Positions 1-12,515 of a DNA stretch of 64,000 nucleotides are shown here, one piece after another (the first letter of the stretch is position 1; the number at the start of each line of letters is the position of its first letter). Origin of the DNA: an uncultured virus (IMG/VR IMGVR_UViG_3300018878_000142) (Duplodnaviria; Heunggongvirae; Uroviricota; Caudoviricetes). The notes beneath the pieces were generated by a model. It did no database searches, was not told the origin of the DNA, and saw only the letters and a program-made list of their open reading frames with translations. The stretch lies in IMG/VR virus record IMGVR_UViG_3300018878_000142. One strand, written 5' to 3'. The translations under genes were made by a program, and so were the position numbers.

Positions 1-2613
1 AGTCTTATGGAATCCATCTAAGGCTCCCTCTCAAGCAGATGGTTACATGAAAATGCATGGCGATTACGAATATGTGATTGGCTCTAAGAAATATAAACCT
101 ACAGAAAAAGAAATTTCAATTTTAAGAGATTTTTGTAAGAAGTATAAGGTTTTATTTGCTGCGGTTTGGGAAGATAAATTAATTGCAGATGACGTTGCAG
201 ATTATCTTAAAGGTAGAATTTTATGGAAAGATCTAATGTATTGCTTTTATAATATATCAGCTAGTATGAAGGATTTGTTGATACACTGTCAAAACTTGAA
301 AGATTTAGAATATGCAGTTAGACGGAATAAAATTTTTAATATGCATGATTGAGGTAGCATATGAGATTCGATTTTAGTGATGATATACAATGGTTGTATA
401 GAGAATATGGTGAAAAAGCAGAGTTCTCTGGAACAATAGAATTATTAAAAAGAAAGCAAGATGAGTATAATAATGTTCTTATGCAATTAACTAAAGTAAT
501 AGAAGATAGAGATAAAAAGATCGAAGAGTTAATTAATGAAAAAGTTAATTATAGGGACTTATACGAACAAACTAAAAAAGAATTAGATCAGTTAAAAGAT
601 ACAAATATTTGTTATAATGTAATAAATAGATTGATACAGCAAGTAAAAGATACTCAAGCGGCTTTAAGTAAAGTAGAAGGCGATAACAATAAACTAAAAG
701 CTAGGCTATGGGATATGTCCGAAACTCGATCTAGCAATATAGAAGATTTGCAAAAAGAAATTAAAGACTTGAAAAATAGATTAGGTTTTACGCTTGATTT
801 ATTAAATAAATTGCTTAAAATATAATTATTAAGGTAATCTATAGATGAAATATAAACATAAATTTGAAAAATATTATTTTAACCCGGAGTTAAATGATCT
901 AGAAGTTGATTTTAATTATATTATTGAAACTAAAATATCACTAAAGCGAGATAAAGATTACAGAGATTATTTCTTAGCAACTCTAGCTCAAACAATGTTA
1001 TATGTAATTATTGTATTATTAGTTGGCTGGGGTATTTCATCACAATCAGTTGTTGGAGCTATTATAATTGATATCATTTTAGGATCTATAACGATTGTTG
1101 TTGGTGTATGTTTTGCTTTATTTAACTATTACTGTGATGATAAATCAATTTTAATAGATTTATATAAAGATGTTGAGGAATATCAAAAATTGCAAGCGCA
1201 TAATCTAGCAGAACTTGATGCTATGGAAAATTGGCGAGCAAGACACCCATTCGAGGAAACGGTTAGAAAAGCTATGAAATCTAAAAACTCTAATGATGTA
1301 GCTGATGTAATTAAAATGATTTTAGAGAGGGATACTATCTAATGTATTACTTGAGAAAACAATCTACTGAAAAATTAGCTGTTACAGATGGAAAATATAC
1401 AGTTAAAGATGCAGAATACGAATTAGATAGAGCTTTATATAAGCATAAAAGATATAATAGATTCTATAGAAGTACTTATCCTGATTACAGTGATGACTTA
1501 AAACTGTGGACAGCAAAAGGCTTAAAAACAGCTTTGCAACAGAGGGTTCGTTTATGGTATTATTGCAACGAATGGTTTGATATTTATGATGATAATGGAA
1601 AGGTATCAGAAGAAGTTTATCTAGAATATAAACCTAAAGCTCTCTATAAAGCTAAAACTACTCGAACACTTTATTACAGCGAAGAAGAAGGTGAAATAGT
1701 AGATGATAAACCTACTTATGGTTATTATGACCTTTATCGATCTGGAACAGTCTTAAAAATTTATAAATGGTTAGATTGGTATGAAGAATGGGATTTCTAT
1801 AAAGATATAAACGAGAGATTAGAAAAAGAAAGCCAATTAGTAGCTGTAACAAATTCTGGTAAACACCTCTTTACGTTTACAGATGAGCAAGATTTTTTAG
1901 AGTAAAACTGCTGGTTTAAAATCTTATATTAAGTGAGGATTATATGATAAATACTTATCCTGAAACCTGGGCTATAAATGGTTATTTAATAAATGAGTGG
2001 CAGCGCAATGGTCATGATCTAGCTGTATATGAAATAAAAGAAATAAGTTTTTTAGATAAAGTTAAAAAAGTAGATAAAGAATTTTTTGCAGTTATAGATG
2101 GATTTAAGATTCGAGGAAATGATTCTATATTTGTAAAGACTTTAGATGCAGCTATTGAGTTAGCAAATAATTTTGCTGATAAGAAAAATGGAGGGTATAA
2201 GCTTGAACAATAATGATATTAAACTGGATTTATCAGACTTTCAAACTGATTTAGAAACTTTCATGAAAGATTATGCTGTGCAATACACTCAACCTGTAGC
2301 TGTACCTCAAGCTGCTGATGTTGTTGTTAACGTTATTGATGATTATGAAACAAACATTGCTTCTAAAGAAAAGCAGAATGAAGACTTATTAAAGCAGCAA
2401 TTTCCTAATTTAAGTATTTTAGGAACAAATTTAGGCTCAATAATGCCTGCAGAAGAAATATCATCAGTTAAAATTTGCCACTTATGCTCGGAAGAATTTG
2501 CTGTTGGATTGCATGATTGGCGAACTATCTGCCCTAAATGTCAAAAGGCTTGGAAGATTTTACGTGATCAAGTTTTACACGATCCTCTAGAACCTATTTT
2601 AGATTAAAATTTC

Positions 2614-2661
2614 AAGAATCAGCTGGAAACAGTTGATTCTTTTTTTATTTTATATTATAAT
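2614..2661 (+). promoter_or_regulatory. intrinsic terminator overlapping sigma70-like early promoter
   Basis: Stem AAGAATCAGCTG-GAAA-CAGTTGATTCTT + T tract; TTGATT (2633) -17bp- TATAAT (2656). Confidence 0.8.
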
Positions 2662-3306
2662 AATATTGTAAATAAATAGAAGAGGTATATTTTATGGATA
2701 AATTAATTCATGTAAACGTAGAAGAAATGCAGAAAGATTGCCCTTATCTGGCCAGCAAGTTTCACTACAATGAAATGCCAAAGCCTTTCAGAGAAATCAC
2801 TCAAGAGCAGTTTTATAATTATCTGGATACGTGGTGCTGTATGTATCAAGGCTCTGGTCAGATTTGCAGACCAAACGATCTTGAGGCTTTAACTGGTGAT
2901 AGAAATCATGCTATGATCCCTGCTAGATATTATTTCTACGCAGAAAAAGGTCTTGCTAGACTTAAGTTTACTACCTGGTCTAAAGAAACTGGTCACGTAA
3001 CTGTTACTAGATATTATGAGTTAGGGTGTAAGCATGAGTGGGAAACTATTGAAGCTGATAAATTCGAAACTGTATGCAAGTGTAAAAAATGCGGTTTGGT
3101 TCACAGCTTTCAAACGGGGTATTAATTATGGCTTGGAATATGACTAAAAAATGTTGTAACTGCAACACCCCTATAGCTAAGCTCGTTAAAGATAGAATCG
3201 ATGAAAGACTTAAAAGTTTTGGAATAGATGATGGCTGGGTTTATAAGCCGCAATACAATGAAAATGCTTCTAAAACTGATTGTAATTATTGTAAGAGGTG
3301 CAGACC

Positions 3307-3945
3307 ATGAAATATACTGTTCAAGAAATTTTTAATCTTATTGGTGAAGATAATATGAGTTTCGATGTGCTTGAAAAGCATTCTAAAAAGAGCAAGCAAA
3401 TCGAATTAGAAGGTTTCCCTGTTTATGCAAAATCTCTCAGATACGCTACATTTTTTCAGAAAGGTTGCAAATGCGTAAAATGTGGGAAGGAAGGTACTTA
3501 TTTTCAGCTTGATGCGTCTAAAGAAGGAAATAAAAATAGAAGACATCTCAATCTTTATTGCGAAGATGGTACGCTTATGACGAAAGATCACATTAAGCCG
3601 AAGAGTAAAGGTGGTCTAGATTGCGTTTCTAATATGCAGCCTATGTGTGAAATCTGCAATAAAGAAAAAGGAAATGCATATGATGGAGAATGGACTGCTG
3701 AGCAGAAAGCACCTAGAGAGTATATTGTTTGTACAAATCAGCAAAATGGTAAAGAAGAGCTTTTCGATAGTATAGATGCTGCTATTTATAGTTTGTTACA
3801 AAGACAACATAATGGTATAGATATTAAAAAATTAGGTAGCAAAGTTGCCATTAAAATGATCATAAGATCAACACTTAAAGCAGCAGAAACTTTAGCAAAT
3901 AATCAAACATATATGGGTTATAGATGGAGCACAGAAATTAGATGA
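3307..3945 (+). CDS. HNH endonuclease
   Basis: CxxC ... TKDHIKPKSKGG ... NMQPMCEICN HNH signature. Confidence 0.8.
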   Translation: MKYTVQEIFNLIGEDNMSFDVLEKHSKKSKQIELEGFPVYAKSLRYATFFQKGCKCVKCGKEGTYFQLDASKEGNKNRRHLNLYCEDGTLMTKDHIKPKSKGGLDCVSNMQPMCEICNKEKGNAYDGEWTAEQKAPREYIVCTNQQNGKEELFDSIDAAIYSLLQRQHNGIDIKKLGSKVAIKMIIRSTLKAAETLANNQTYMGYRWSTEIR

Positions 3946-4093
3946 GGCGTGTACAAATTAAAGTAATACAATATGGGTATGTATCAGTCGATGATGATGC
4001 TGATGACTCAGAAATTGTTAGAGATCTTGAAACAATGGATTTAGATCAGCTAAGAAATTATTTAAATAATGATTTTGATGTAGAGGTTGTTTA

Positions 4094-6236
4094 ATGGAAA
4101 AATCTTTGGTAGAAAAAGTTATACTCGGTTACGAAGAGGCTACAGGAAATAAAATTGATAGTAAGAAAGTTAATCTTGCTAGCGAAGCTTCCTGGTCTGC
4201 TAAAAAAGCTTTAGATTCGCTTGAGTATGAGCCTACTGGGAATCTTGCAATTTTACTTATCCGAAAAGCTTGGGAAGAGTTTCTCAACGAAAGCCATCTC
4301 AAGATTCGCGAATTATTAAATCCTGATTTTGAAAAAGATCTTGAAACTATCAGAAATTTTAATAAAGAAATGCGAGAAGGTGAGGCTGGAAAAATTTTAG
4401 ACTCTACTATCTCTACTATAAAGAAAATTTCTCAAAAATTTGGCATCAGCGATTTTGATTCTATAGATGTTACACGCTTCATTGATATTTTCGAAGAATG
4501 CTTTTCAAATATTTATCGGAAATACGAGGTTGATAAAATTCTCTGCTCAGATAATAAAGAGGGTGAGCCTTTTATCGCTGTGCATGAGTATCATTTCAAG
4601 TCCCTAAAGGATTTTGTAGATTGCTTAAAGCGCTCTAATAATTGTATAGCTTACGCAAAAATAGATGCTTTATATGATTACGAAGAGACTGATGAGTATG
4701 ATATTTTCTTCGCTTTTGGCTGTAGGTGTGGTAACTATGTTTATATAAATAGTCCTAGAGATAATCATGCTACGCCTGTTTCTAGAGATATTAAAAAGAC
4801 TAGAAATCCTGGTAAGAAATTAAGAAATATGGCTGATAGCACTTACATGCCTTATTATGATCTTATTGGTAAGAAAGAAGTTAGTACTGATACTGCTTTA
4901 GTAGCTATCGATCCTAATTTAACACCTATCAATAAAATTTGTGAACTTTATGACCTTTATGCTAAGTTAGCTATTTGTACATCTATAGCTGCTGTTTATC
5001 AAAAATATTTTATTGATAAGACTGTAGATATCAGGTATAATAGTATAGAGAGAGCTTGGGTGCCTGTTACAGATAGTTATTTTGGCGAAGAAATTAAACT
5101 TCTTCCAAATAAAAATACTACAGCCTTAGCCTTACCGGGTGAATTGCAACTTCCAGTAGTTAGCAGACATGATCTTGAAATGATGAGCCCCGATATTTAT
5201 GCTAAAAATATAGGTTTCTGGGATTGGTATGTTAAAGAATATATTAAAGATGATGAGCTTAACGAACCTGTTGCTATAAAAGAATTTATAGGAAATAAGC
5301 GAGAAGCTGAAAGGCGTGTTTGGTGGACTTATCGAAATATGGCTAAAACATTAGTCAATGAGAGACGCACTAAAGATATTGCAAAAGATTTTTATTGTAT
5401 TGATACTTTCAAAAAGACTGGTAAACTAGAGGATCTTAGTGCAGAGCTCAGAGAATATGATAGTTGGGGTAAACCTATTAACGCTTCCTGGGAAGAAATA
5501 AGTGGCTATAAGACATATTTTTTGCGTAGCTTACCTACTATCCATTTTCTTAAAAATTTCTCAGCAGCTGAAAAACTCAGCAATAATTTAGAAGTAATTA
5601 TACGTGATATTCTCACTGGTGGGACAAATTATGCTAAAAATACTGGTTGGGGACACAGCTCTACGTATTATCTCAATGATAAAATTATGGAAAGGGATAG
5701 ACTGGCTTAGAATATATTATAGCAGAAAATCTTGAGAATCCAATTTTTTAGCTGATACTTTAGATAGAGATATTTGTAGCGCAAGTGATGCTAGAAGTGA
5801 TTATAATCATCTAATAAAATATAAAAATCACAGAGAATATCAGAGAGAACTTTATAATAAAGACTTTAATGCAAGAATATGTTATCAGTTAGATGATGAT
5901 ACTATTGATGTGATTATTGGCGATGCAAAAAATAAAGATTATGAATTTAAACTTAAAGCTACTACTGTTTATGATTTATGTTATCTTTTAGGTGTAAAAC
6001 GTAATGAGCTTCCTAAAGCACTTCGCAGATGGTTATCTAAAAGAAGATGTTTCCATCCAGATACTGGTAATCATATACTTAATGTAACTGATCCTATGGA
6101 TAGAATGTTTGATTGGGTTGACGAATGCCTTAGCTTTGAGATCTGTGTATATACATCTAAATCAGAGTTAAATAAATTAGCTAAAAAACTTAATGTTGAT
6201 CTTAATATTAGAGATAGAGAATGGAGGAATGATTAA
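4094..6236 (+). pseudogene. large hypothetical protein, apparently disrupted near 5685-5735 (frameshift plus TGA)
   Basis: 538-aa ORF ends at 5710; another frame is open from ~5736 into ORF 5910..6236 without its own clear RBS/start. Confidence 0.5.
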
Positions 6237-6810
6237 TTATGTTGATTTGTATCTTAGCTATAACTATACCACTTCTTTTAGGTTTATTATGGCTTATTTT
6301 CAAGATTGGTGATGTTTGTTACGATAAAGCTTATGATAATTATCATAAATTGAGATGGGAATTAAATTATAAAGAAGATAATCCAGAATTAAAAATTGCT
6401 AGGAAAAAGCTAGATAAGCTTAATTGGACTACTAGAAATAATTGTACAGAACCTTTTGGTATCAGTTTCTTTATCAGCTTAATGCTTCCATTTTTCGCTT
6501 TTTTAATTCTTTTATGTATGAGAAGTCCATATACAGACAATAAGGAATATTTAAAAATTAAGCATGAGAAAGATGTTTTAGAATATAGACTGGAATCAGA
6601 TGTAGAAATTGGAAACGAACTTCTGTATAATGATATAGTAGACTTTAATAATAAGTTAACTGATTATAAATTAGGTAGAGAAAATATTTGGGTAAGCTGG
6701 TATTTTAATCCAAAAATTTCTGATATTTCATATATAGACTACAAAAGTGGAAAGGAATCGCCAGAAGTTATTCCCGAAATTAATTCATAAAATTTGGAGG
6801 TACATAATAT

Positions 6811-8040
6811 ATGTTAAATGCAAGAGGTGTGCGTGAGCTCGCATATGTTGTGCAAGTAGATTCTGTAGAATCTATGGTTGGCTATGATAGTCTTGAAATA
6901 GCTACAGTAAACGGTTGGAAATGTGTAGTCGGAAAGGGATCTATGAAAGCTGGTGACCTAGCTATATATTTCGAAATTGATTCTAAGCTTCCTGATGTTG
7001 AACCCTTTAATCTTAATTCTGCTTTAGTAAAATATAAGTTCAAGATTAAGACTCAACGTTTTGGTAGAGGTGGTATTCCTTATATCTCTCAAGGTTTGCT
7101 TATGTCTCTAACCGAATTTGGTTATAAGTTAAAGAATATTAAACTAGGCGATTTCCTAACTGAAAAACTTAATATTACATATTACGAAGTAGAAGATAAT
7201 ACTAGAAAAGCTAATAAAGATAAGTATACTTCCATGAGGGACCGTCATAAGAAGTTTTTCAAGACGAAGTTTGGTAGATGGCTCATGCGCCATGAGTTTA
7301 CTAGAAAGATTTGTTTCCTATTCTTAGGTAAGAAGAAGGATAAGAAGACGGATTGGCCTAACTGGGTAGTTAAAACTGATGAGGAAAGATGTCAGAACTG
7401 CTTTAATCAGATGAAGGCACTCAATAAGAAGTGGTTAACTACTGAAAAGATCGATGGTTCTTCTGCTACATATACGATGAAAAATACTAGAAATAAGAAA
7501 AATCGTGAGATGCTTGTCTGCTCTAGAAATGTTGTTTTCAACGCACCAGAAAAAGAAGCTAGAAATTTCTATAAAGATACTGATGGTAACATTTGGCTAG
7601 AAATGGCTGCGAAGTATGATATGAAAACTGTTTTAGAAACTATTTTAGATAACGATCCTAATCTAGAATTTGTAACAATACAGGGCGAAGTTTATGGCGG
7701 AAAGATTCAGAAGAGAAATTATGGTCCTGAGCATAGACTTGCTATTTTCAATGTCATACTTAAGCAAAATGGAAAAGCTCCAGTTCGTATGAATCCTGTT
7801 GAAATGGAAAATTACATTTTTGATCTCAATAGTAAGTATGAATTTAATCTAACAACAGTTCCTGTGTTAGAATCTGGGTTTGAACTTCCTGAAACTGTTG
7901 AGGAACTTTTGGAAATAGCTACTGGAAATTCTGTTATAGATGGTGGTCCTAGAGAGGGTATTGTTTTACGTACAGAAGATGGTGTAAACAGTTTCAAAGC
8001 TGTTTCGAACCAATTCTTGTTAGATTTCCATAACAACTAA
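6811..8040 (+). CDS. RNA ligase, Rnl2/DRB0094-like
   Basis: Nucleotidyltransferase motifs TEKIDG, QGEVYG, REGIV, FKAVS; N-terminal OB-like domain (YFEIDS). Confidence 0.85.
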   Translation: MLNARGVRELAYVVQVDSVESMVGYDSLEIATVNGWKCVVGKGSMKAGDLAIYFEIDSKLPDVEPFNLNSALVKYKFKIKTQRFGRGGIPYISQGLLMSLTEFGYKLKNIKLGDFLTEKLNITYYEVEDNTRKANKDKYTSMRDRHKKFFKTKFGRWLMRHEFTRKICFLFLGKKKDKKTDWPNWVVKTDEERCQNCFNQMKALNKKWLTTEKIDGSSATYTMKNTRNKKNREMLVCSRNVVFNAPEKEARNFYKDTDGNIWLEMAAKYDMKTVLETILDNDPNLEFVTIQGEVYGGKIQKRNYGPEHRLAIFNVILKQNGKAPVRMNPVEMENYIFDLNSKYEFNLTTVPVLESGFELPETVEELLEIATGNSVIDGGPREGIVLRTEDGVNSFKAVSNQFLLDFHNN

Positions 8041-8053
8041 AAAAAATTATTAG

Positions 8054-8100
8054 AGAATCAGCTAGAAATAGTTGATTCTTTTCTTTATTTATCATATAAT
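8054..8100 (+). promoter_or_regulatory. terminator-overlapping sigma70-like promoter
   Basis: AGAATCAGCTA-GAAA-TAGTTGATTCT hairpin; TTGATT (8072) -17bp- TATAAT (8095); near-copy of 2614-2661. Confidence 0.8.
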
Positions 8101-8528
8101 AATATAGAGGAATAAGATTATGTTTAAATTGCTTACGGATTCAGAAAAAATAGATGTTCAAAATACTATTTTAAATGTTCAAGAGCTTATTACTAAAACA
8201 AAAGAGACTAAACTTTATGATAATTTAATAGATGCAGTAGAATGCATGCAATTATTATTAAGTTTGGTGATTAAAAGCGAAAAAATGCTGACAGAAGCTA
8301 TTGATCCAGATACTAAAACAAACTATTCTGTAAAACTTTCAGAAGAAGATATTTGGGACCTTCTAGAAAGTGATGAGTTGTGTAATAATGAAATTGGTCT
8401 AAATTACATAGATGAGCTTCCAACTAGCATCGATACTATAAGTAGATTGAGAGAAATTAAAATGAAAAATGTATATCTACAAAAAGACTTAGAAGATCTT
8501 ATGTATGATATGATTGCGAGGTTATTAT

Positions 8529-8987
8529 ATGTCGAATAAATATATGGAATTAGCTAGGAAAAAAGCTTTAGAAACTAGCCAGAATAATATTGGTGGCCCC
8601 TTCGGTTGCTGCATAGTTAAAGATGGTAATGTTATTTGCGTGGCTTCTAACTCAGTTATAAGAGATAATGACCCAACTGCTCATGGTGAAATAAATGCTA
8701 TCAGAGAAGCTGGTAAAATTTTAGGTACATATGATTTAAGTGGTTGCGAATTGTTCACTTCGTCTTACCCATGTCCTATGTGCTTATCCGCTATTATTTG
8801 GGCAAACATTAAAAAAGTATATTATGGTTGCACTGTTAAAGATGCTGAACAAATCGGTTTTAGAGATGATTTTATCTACAACTATCTGCAAAATGGTGGT
8901 GACATAATTGATCTAGAAGAGGTAGATCGAGCTGAATGCTTAAAAGTCTTTGAAAAGTATCTTTTTGAAAACAAAACTATTTATTGA
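8529..8987 (+). CDS. zinc-dependent nucleobase deaminase, GuaD-like
   Basis: GGPFG, DPTAHGEINAIREA, PCPMCLSAIIWA, IGFRDDFIY. Confidence 0.85.
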   Translation: MSNKYMELARKKALETSQNNIGGPFGCCIVKDGNVICVASNSVIRDNDPTAHGEINAIREAGKILGTYDLSGCELFTSSYPCPMCLSAIIWANIKKVYYGCTVKDAEQIGFRDDFIYNYLQNGGDIIDLEEVDRAECLKVFEKYLFENKTIY

Positions 8988-8995
8988 GGTGATTT

Positions 8996-9757
8996 ATGGA
9001 TTACGATTATTATTACGAAGATAGCAAAAGCGAAGCTGATGAAATAATTGAGGATGCTGTAGATAAACTTAGTAAGCTTATCTATGATAAAGCTAAAGAA
9101 GAAATTACATATATACAGGACGCTTATGAAATTTCAAAAAAGAATTATAAAGAAGCTATGGATAAAATTGGCGAGCTAACTAAAACGAATATTGCTAAAG
9201 ATAAAGAGATCGAAAAACTTAAAGCGCAAATTAATTCTGGTGATAAAAAATCTTTAACTGAGCTTCCTATAGCTATCGGCGATAAAGTTTGGATTGTTGT
9301 TTATGATCATGATGATGAAATTACTTGCCCCGTTTGTGGCGGTACTAGATCTATTGAACGGCTCATTGAAGGTGTAAAATATAAAGCTGACTGCCCTAAA
9401 TGTTCTTATTCTGTACCTAAAGATTCTAGAATGTCAGATAAATGTTGTTATAACTTTTATAAAGTTAAAGAATGTAAAGTAACAGAATTAGTTATAAACC
9501 TTACAAAAAATTCGAGAATAATCAGTTACTGGGCTGTTGATGCGGGTTGGAATGGTTCGACACATAAATATGATGAGGATAAAGTCTTTAAGTTTAAAGA
9601 AGACGCGGAAGATTGTGCTGAAAAATTACATAGAATAAGCAGAGCTAAAGCTTATGAGGCTGTTGGAAGAGAACTTCCAGATATTTTAAAACCTTATTTA
9701 GAAATAAAAGAGCATGGTAGCTCAGAAACTTGCTTACCTTATGCGGAGATTAAATAA
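8996..9757 (+). CDS. coiled-coil plus zinc-finger hypothetical protein
   Basis: CPVCGG...CPKC after a heptad-rich N-terminus. Confidence 0.5.
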   Translation: MDYDYYYEDSKSEADEIIEDAVDKLSKLIYDKAKEEITYIQDAYEISKKNYKEAMDKIGELTKTNIAKDKEIEKLKAQINSGDKKSLTELPIAIGDKVWIVVYDHDDEITCPVCGGTRSIERLIEGVKYKADCPKCSYSVPKDSRMSDKCCYNFYKVKECKVTELVINLTKNSRIISYWAVDAGWNGSTHKYDEDKVFKFKEDAEDCAEKLHRISRAKAYEAVGRELPDILKPYLEIKEHGSSETCLPYAEIK

Positions 9758-9950
9758 TGATCGAATATAGAGAATTAGAACGTGATGGTCATTGCAGTTT
9801 ATGTGGTGATGCTATTAAGAAGAATGAAACAAAAACTACTATTGTGCATTTTTATCACAGAAGTAAAAATCCAAAAGTAAATATTTGTAGAGAGTGTGCA
9901 TATAAAATTTTTTATGCACCTAGTTTAGTAGATGAGGAAGGTATTGTAGA

Positions 9951-10472
9951 ATGAAAAGTATAAGACGAGGCACATTTGAAACAAACAGTAGTTCGAGTCA
10001 TTCCATTTCAATTGTTGACTCAGAGTTAGTAGAATCAGAATTAAATTTAGTTGACCCTTGGGAAATTGATTACTGTGATGACCTTGATTACAACAAACAA
10101 TATGTAATGATTGATTTTCATGAGTATTGTGGCTGGGATGATCACGAAAGTCAAGAAGATAGACTAGCCCTTTGTATACAACAATTAGTAGCTGAATTAG
10201 ATCTTGATTTCTGGTGTGTTAGCAATGAAAAGTGGTATGAAAATATCAAAAAGTTGTATGAGAGTGAGAAGTTTCAAGAAATTAGTGACGAAATTGCTGA
10301 TTATGTTGGTAGTCATTGCGGTGGTGTAAGAATTCGAGAACTTTCTGAAGGATATATTGACCATGATAGTTATTACGGTAGTTATGATAATTTTATGAGC
10401 TGTAATGGTCTTGATTTAGTTTGCTTTGTGTTTGCTAAAGAAGCTTATGCTCATTTTGAGTTCAATGGTTAA
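9951..10472 (+). CDS. FETNSSS-motif protein 1
   Basis: MKSIRRGTFETNSSSSHS. Confidence 0.8.
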   Translation: MKSIRRGTFETNSSSSHSISIVDSELVESELNLVDPWEIDYCDDLDYNKQYVMIDFHEYCGWDDHESQEDRLALCIQQLVAELDLDFWCVSNEKWYENIKKLYESEKFQEISDEIADYVGSHCGGVRIRELSEGYIDHDSYYGSYDNFMSCNGLDLVCFVFAKEAYAHFEFNG

Positions 10473-10954
10473 TCAGAGGTAATGAAATGGATTTATTTGT
10501 TGAAATAATTGAAAATGCAACTGAGCCATGGGAAGAAATTAAATGCGAAGAATGCGGAACGGTCATTCGATTTCATCCTCTCAAAGCGATGAAAAAATGT
10601 GAGTACATAGAAAATGGTTACTATCATATAAATGAATGCATTGATTGTCCGAAATGTTACCACACTGTTTTGAGATATCCGAAGAACTGATGGAGTAAAA
10701 ATAGATTATGACGAAAATTAACAAAAAGAAACTAGCTTTTGAAATACTTTATATTATATTTAATAGCCTCACATTCTTTTTTATTGGCGGCGGTATCGGT
10801 AGTTTGATCATAACAGCTTGTACAGGTGATCCAATGACTACATATGCATATATATGCTGTTATGGAGCGTTTCCTGCTACATGTTTTAGAGCCATTTTTC
10901 AACGGTTAGATAAGAATCAAGAACGGTACATAGAAGATAGGGAGGAAAATTTAA

Positions 10955-11200
10955 ATGAAAACAGTAAGGAATAATACATTTGAAACTAACTCATCATCCA
11001 CACATTCTTTCGCTATCAGAAGGGGAAGTGATAACTGGGAGGAACTACATAAAATATTTGATACTATCTTATATGGCGACTCATTACATAATATTGATGG
11101 TGTTGATGATATTTATGACGAAGAAGGCTTGCTTAAATTACTTAAATTATTAAACGAAGCACAAACAATTCTTATAGAAGGAACGGAGGATTGGGATTAA
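10955..11200 (+). CDS. FETNSSS-motif protein 2
   Basis: MKTVRNNTFETNSSSTHS. Confidence 0.8.
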   Translation: MKTVRNNTFETNSSSTHSFAIRRGSDNWEELHKIFDTILYGDSLHNIDGVDDIYDEEGLLKLLKLLNEAQTILIEGTEDWD

Positions 11201-11201
11201 A

Positions 11202-11720
11202 ATGATTACCATTAGAAAAAATACTTTTGAAACAAATAGCAGCAGCACTCATAGCATTGTGATTCCTAAGAATGTTGATAATAAAAAAGATTTTACTAAA
11301 TCTATACACTTTGGATTAGGTGAATTTGGTTGGAGTAGAGATGTTGCTGATCCAGCTGATTACTTATATACGGCTATTTGTGATGCTTATTTAGATAGTT
11401 ATTATACTGCTGAACATCAAGAAAAAGGAAAAGTATACTTACAAAAAATAAAAGATATTCTCGAGAAAAATGGTATCACATATGAATTCGAAGAGGTAAA
11501 AAATGGGCCTTATAATTATTTTTATGTAGATCACTGCAGTGAGTTAGATACTTTTATAGAAAGGGTCTGTAATGATGAGGACCTTCTCTTGAGATATCTT
11601 AAGTATGGTACAGTTTATACTGGTAACGATAATGATGATTATGATGAAAGCTATCACTACTTCGATGCTTACCATGAACTAGATCCAGAAAATTATGATT
11701 ACTTCTATAAATCTAATTAA
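11202..11720 (+). CDS. FETNSSS-motif protein 3
   Basis: MITIRKNTFETNSSSTHS. Confidence 0.8.
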   Translation: MITIRKNTFETNSSSTHSIVIPKNVDNKKDFTKSIHFGLGEFGWSRDVADPADYLYTAICDAYLDSYYTAEHQEKGKVYLQKIKDILEKNGITYEFEEVKNGPYNYFYVDHCSELDTFIERVCNDEDLLLRYLKYGTVYTGNDNDDYDESYHYFDAYHELDPENYDYFYKSN

Positions 11721-11765
11721 ATATTTCAAAAACCTCTGTATATAATTATATATGGAGGTTATTTT

Positions 11766-12137
11766 ATGTTTACTATTAGAAATAGTACATTTGAAACAAA
11801 CTCAAGTTCAACGCACAGTATAGTAATTGGTACAGAAAAGCAGTTCGAAGATTGGCGAGCAGGTACGCTTTTATATAAACATTACGCATGGTCATCTGAT
11901 AAACTCGAAAAGGGTTTTTATACATTAGAAGAATTGAAGCAATATCTAATAGATGATGGCGAGTATACAAAAGTAGATATCGAAGCTATGGATCAAGATG
12001 AGCTTTTAGATATTCTGAGAGAAGATGATATTGTTGACTATGATAACTGGTATGAGAATCTTGAGCATGATACTCATACATACACAACAGCTAGCGGTGA
12101 AAAGATTGTCATCGAATGTGCTTATGGTTACGATTGA
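11766..12137 (+). CDS. FETNSSS-motif protein 4
   Basis: MFTIRNSTFETNSSSTHS. Confidence 0.8.
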   Translation: MFTIRNSTFETNSSSTHSIVIGTEKQFEDWRAGTLLYKHYAWSSDKLEKGFYTLEELKQYLIDDGEYTKVDIEAMDQDELLDILREDDIVDYDNWYENLEHDTHTYTTASGEKIVIECAYGYD

Positions 12138-12152
12138 TATGGAGGAATAACT

Positions 12153-12515
12153 ATGATAAGTATCAGAAGAAATACTTTTGAAACTAACTCTTCTTCTACT
12201 CATTCTTTATCTGTTGTTAACAAAGAAGATTGGGAAAAATTTAAAGCTGGCGAGCTTTATTTCGCATCAGATAATTATGATTTAATCAGTAAGGAAGATG
12301 TCATTGAACTAGATGCTTTCGAAGATAGCTATCCAGAATTTAAAGATCAGCCAGAAGATGTTAAAAAATATTTAATTGAAAAATTTATAAAAGATAATTG
12401 CGACGGAGAATACGCACCTATATACTCTTACAGATATCTTGATCCACCTTTCAAAATTGTTTATGATAAAAATGGAAATGAGATGGTAGCTTTTTCATTC
12501 TATTTTTATGGCTAA
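12153..12515 (+). CDS. FETNSSS-motif protein 5
   Basis: MISIRRNTFETNSSSTHS. Confidence 0.8.
   Translation: MISIRRNTFETNSSSTHSLSVVNKEDWEKFKAGELYFASDNYDLISKEDVIELDAFEDSYPEFKDQPEDVKKYLIEKFIKDNCDGEYAPIYSYRYLDPPFKIVYDKNGNEMVAFSFYFYG

Noticed and set aside
5733..5735. TGA recoding to Trp
   Set aside because: Single instance; TGA is used repeatedly as a real stop in ATGA gene overlaps
9951..12515. CRISPR array or DNA repeat at the FETNSSS motifs
   Set aside because: Nucleotide copies differ at synonymous sites and lie at gene starts; conservation is at the protein level
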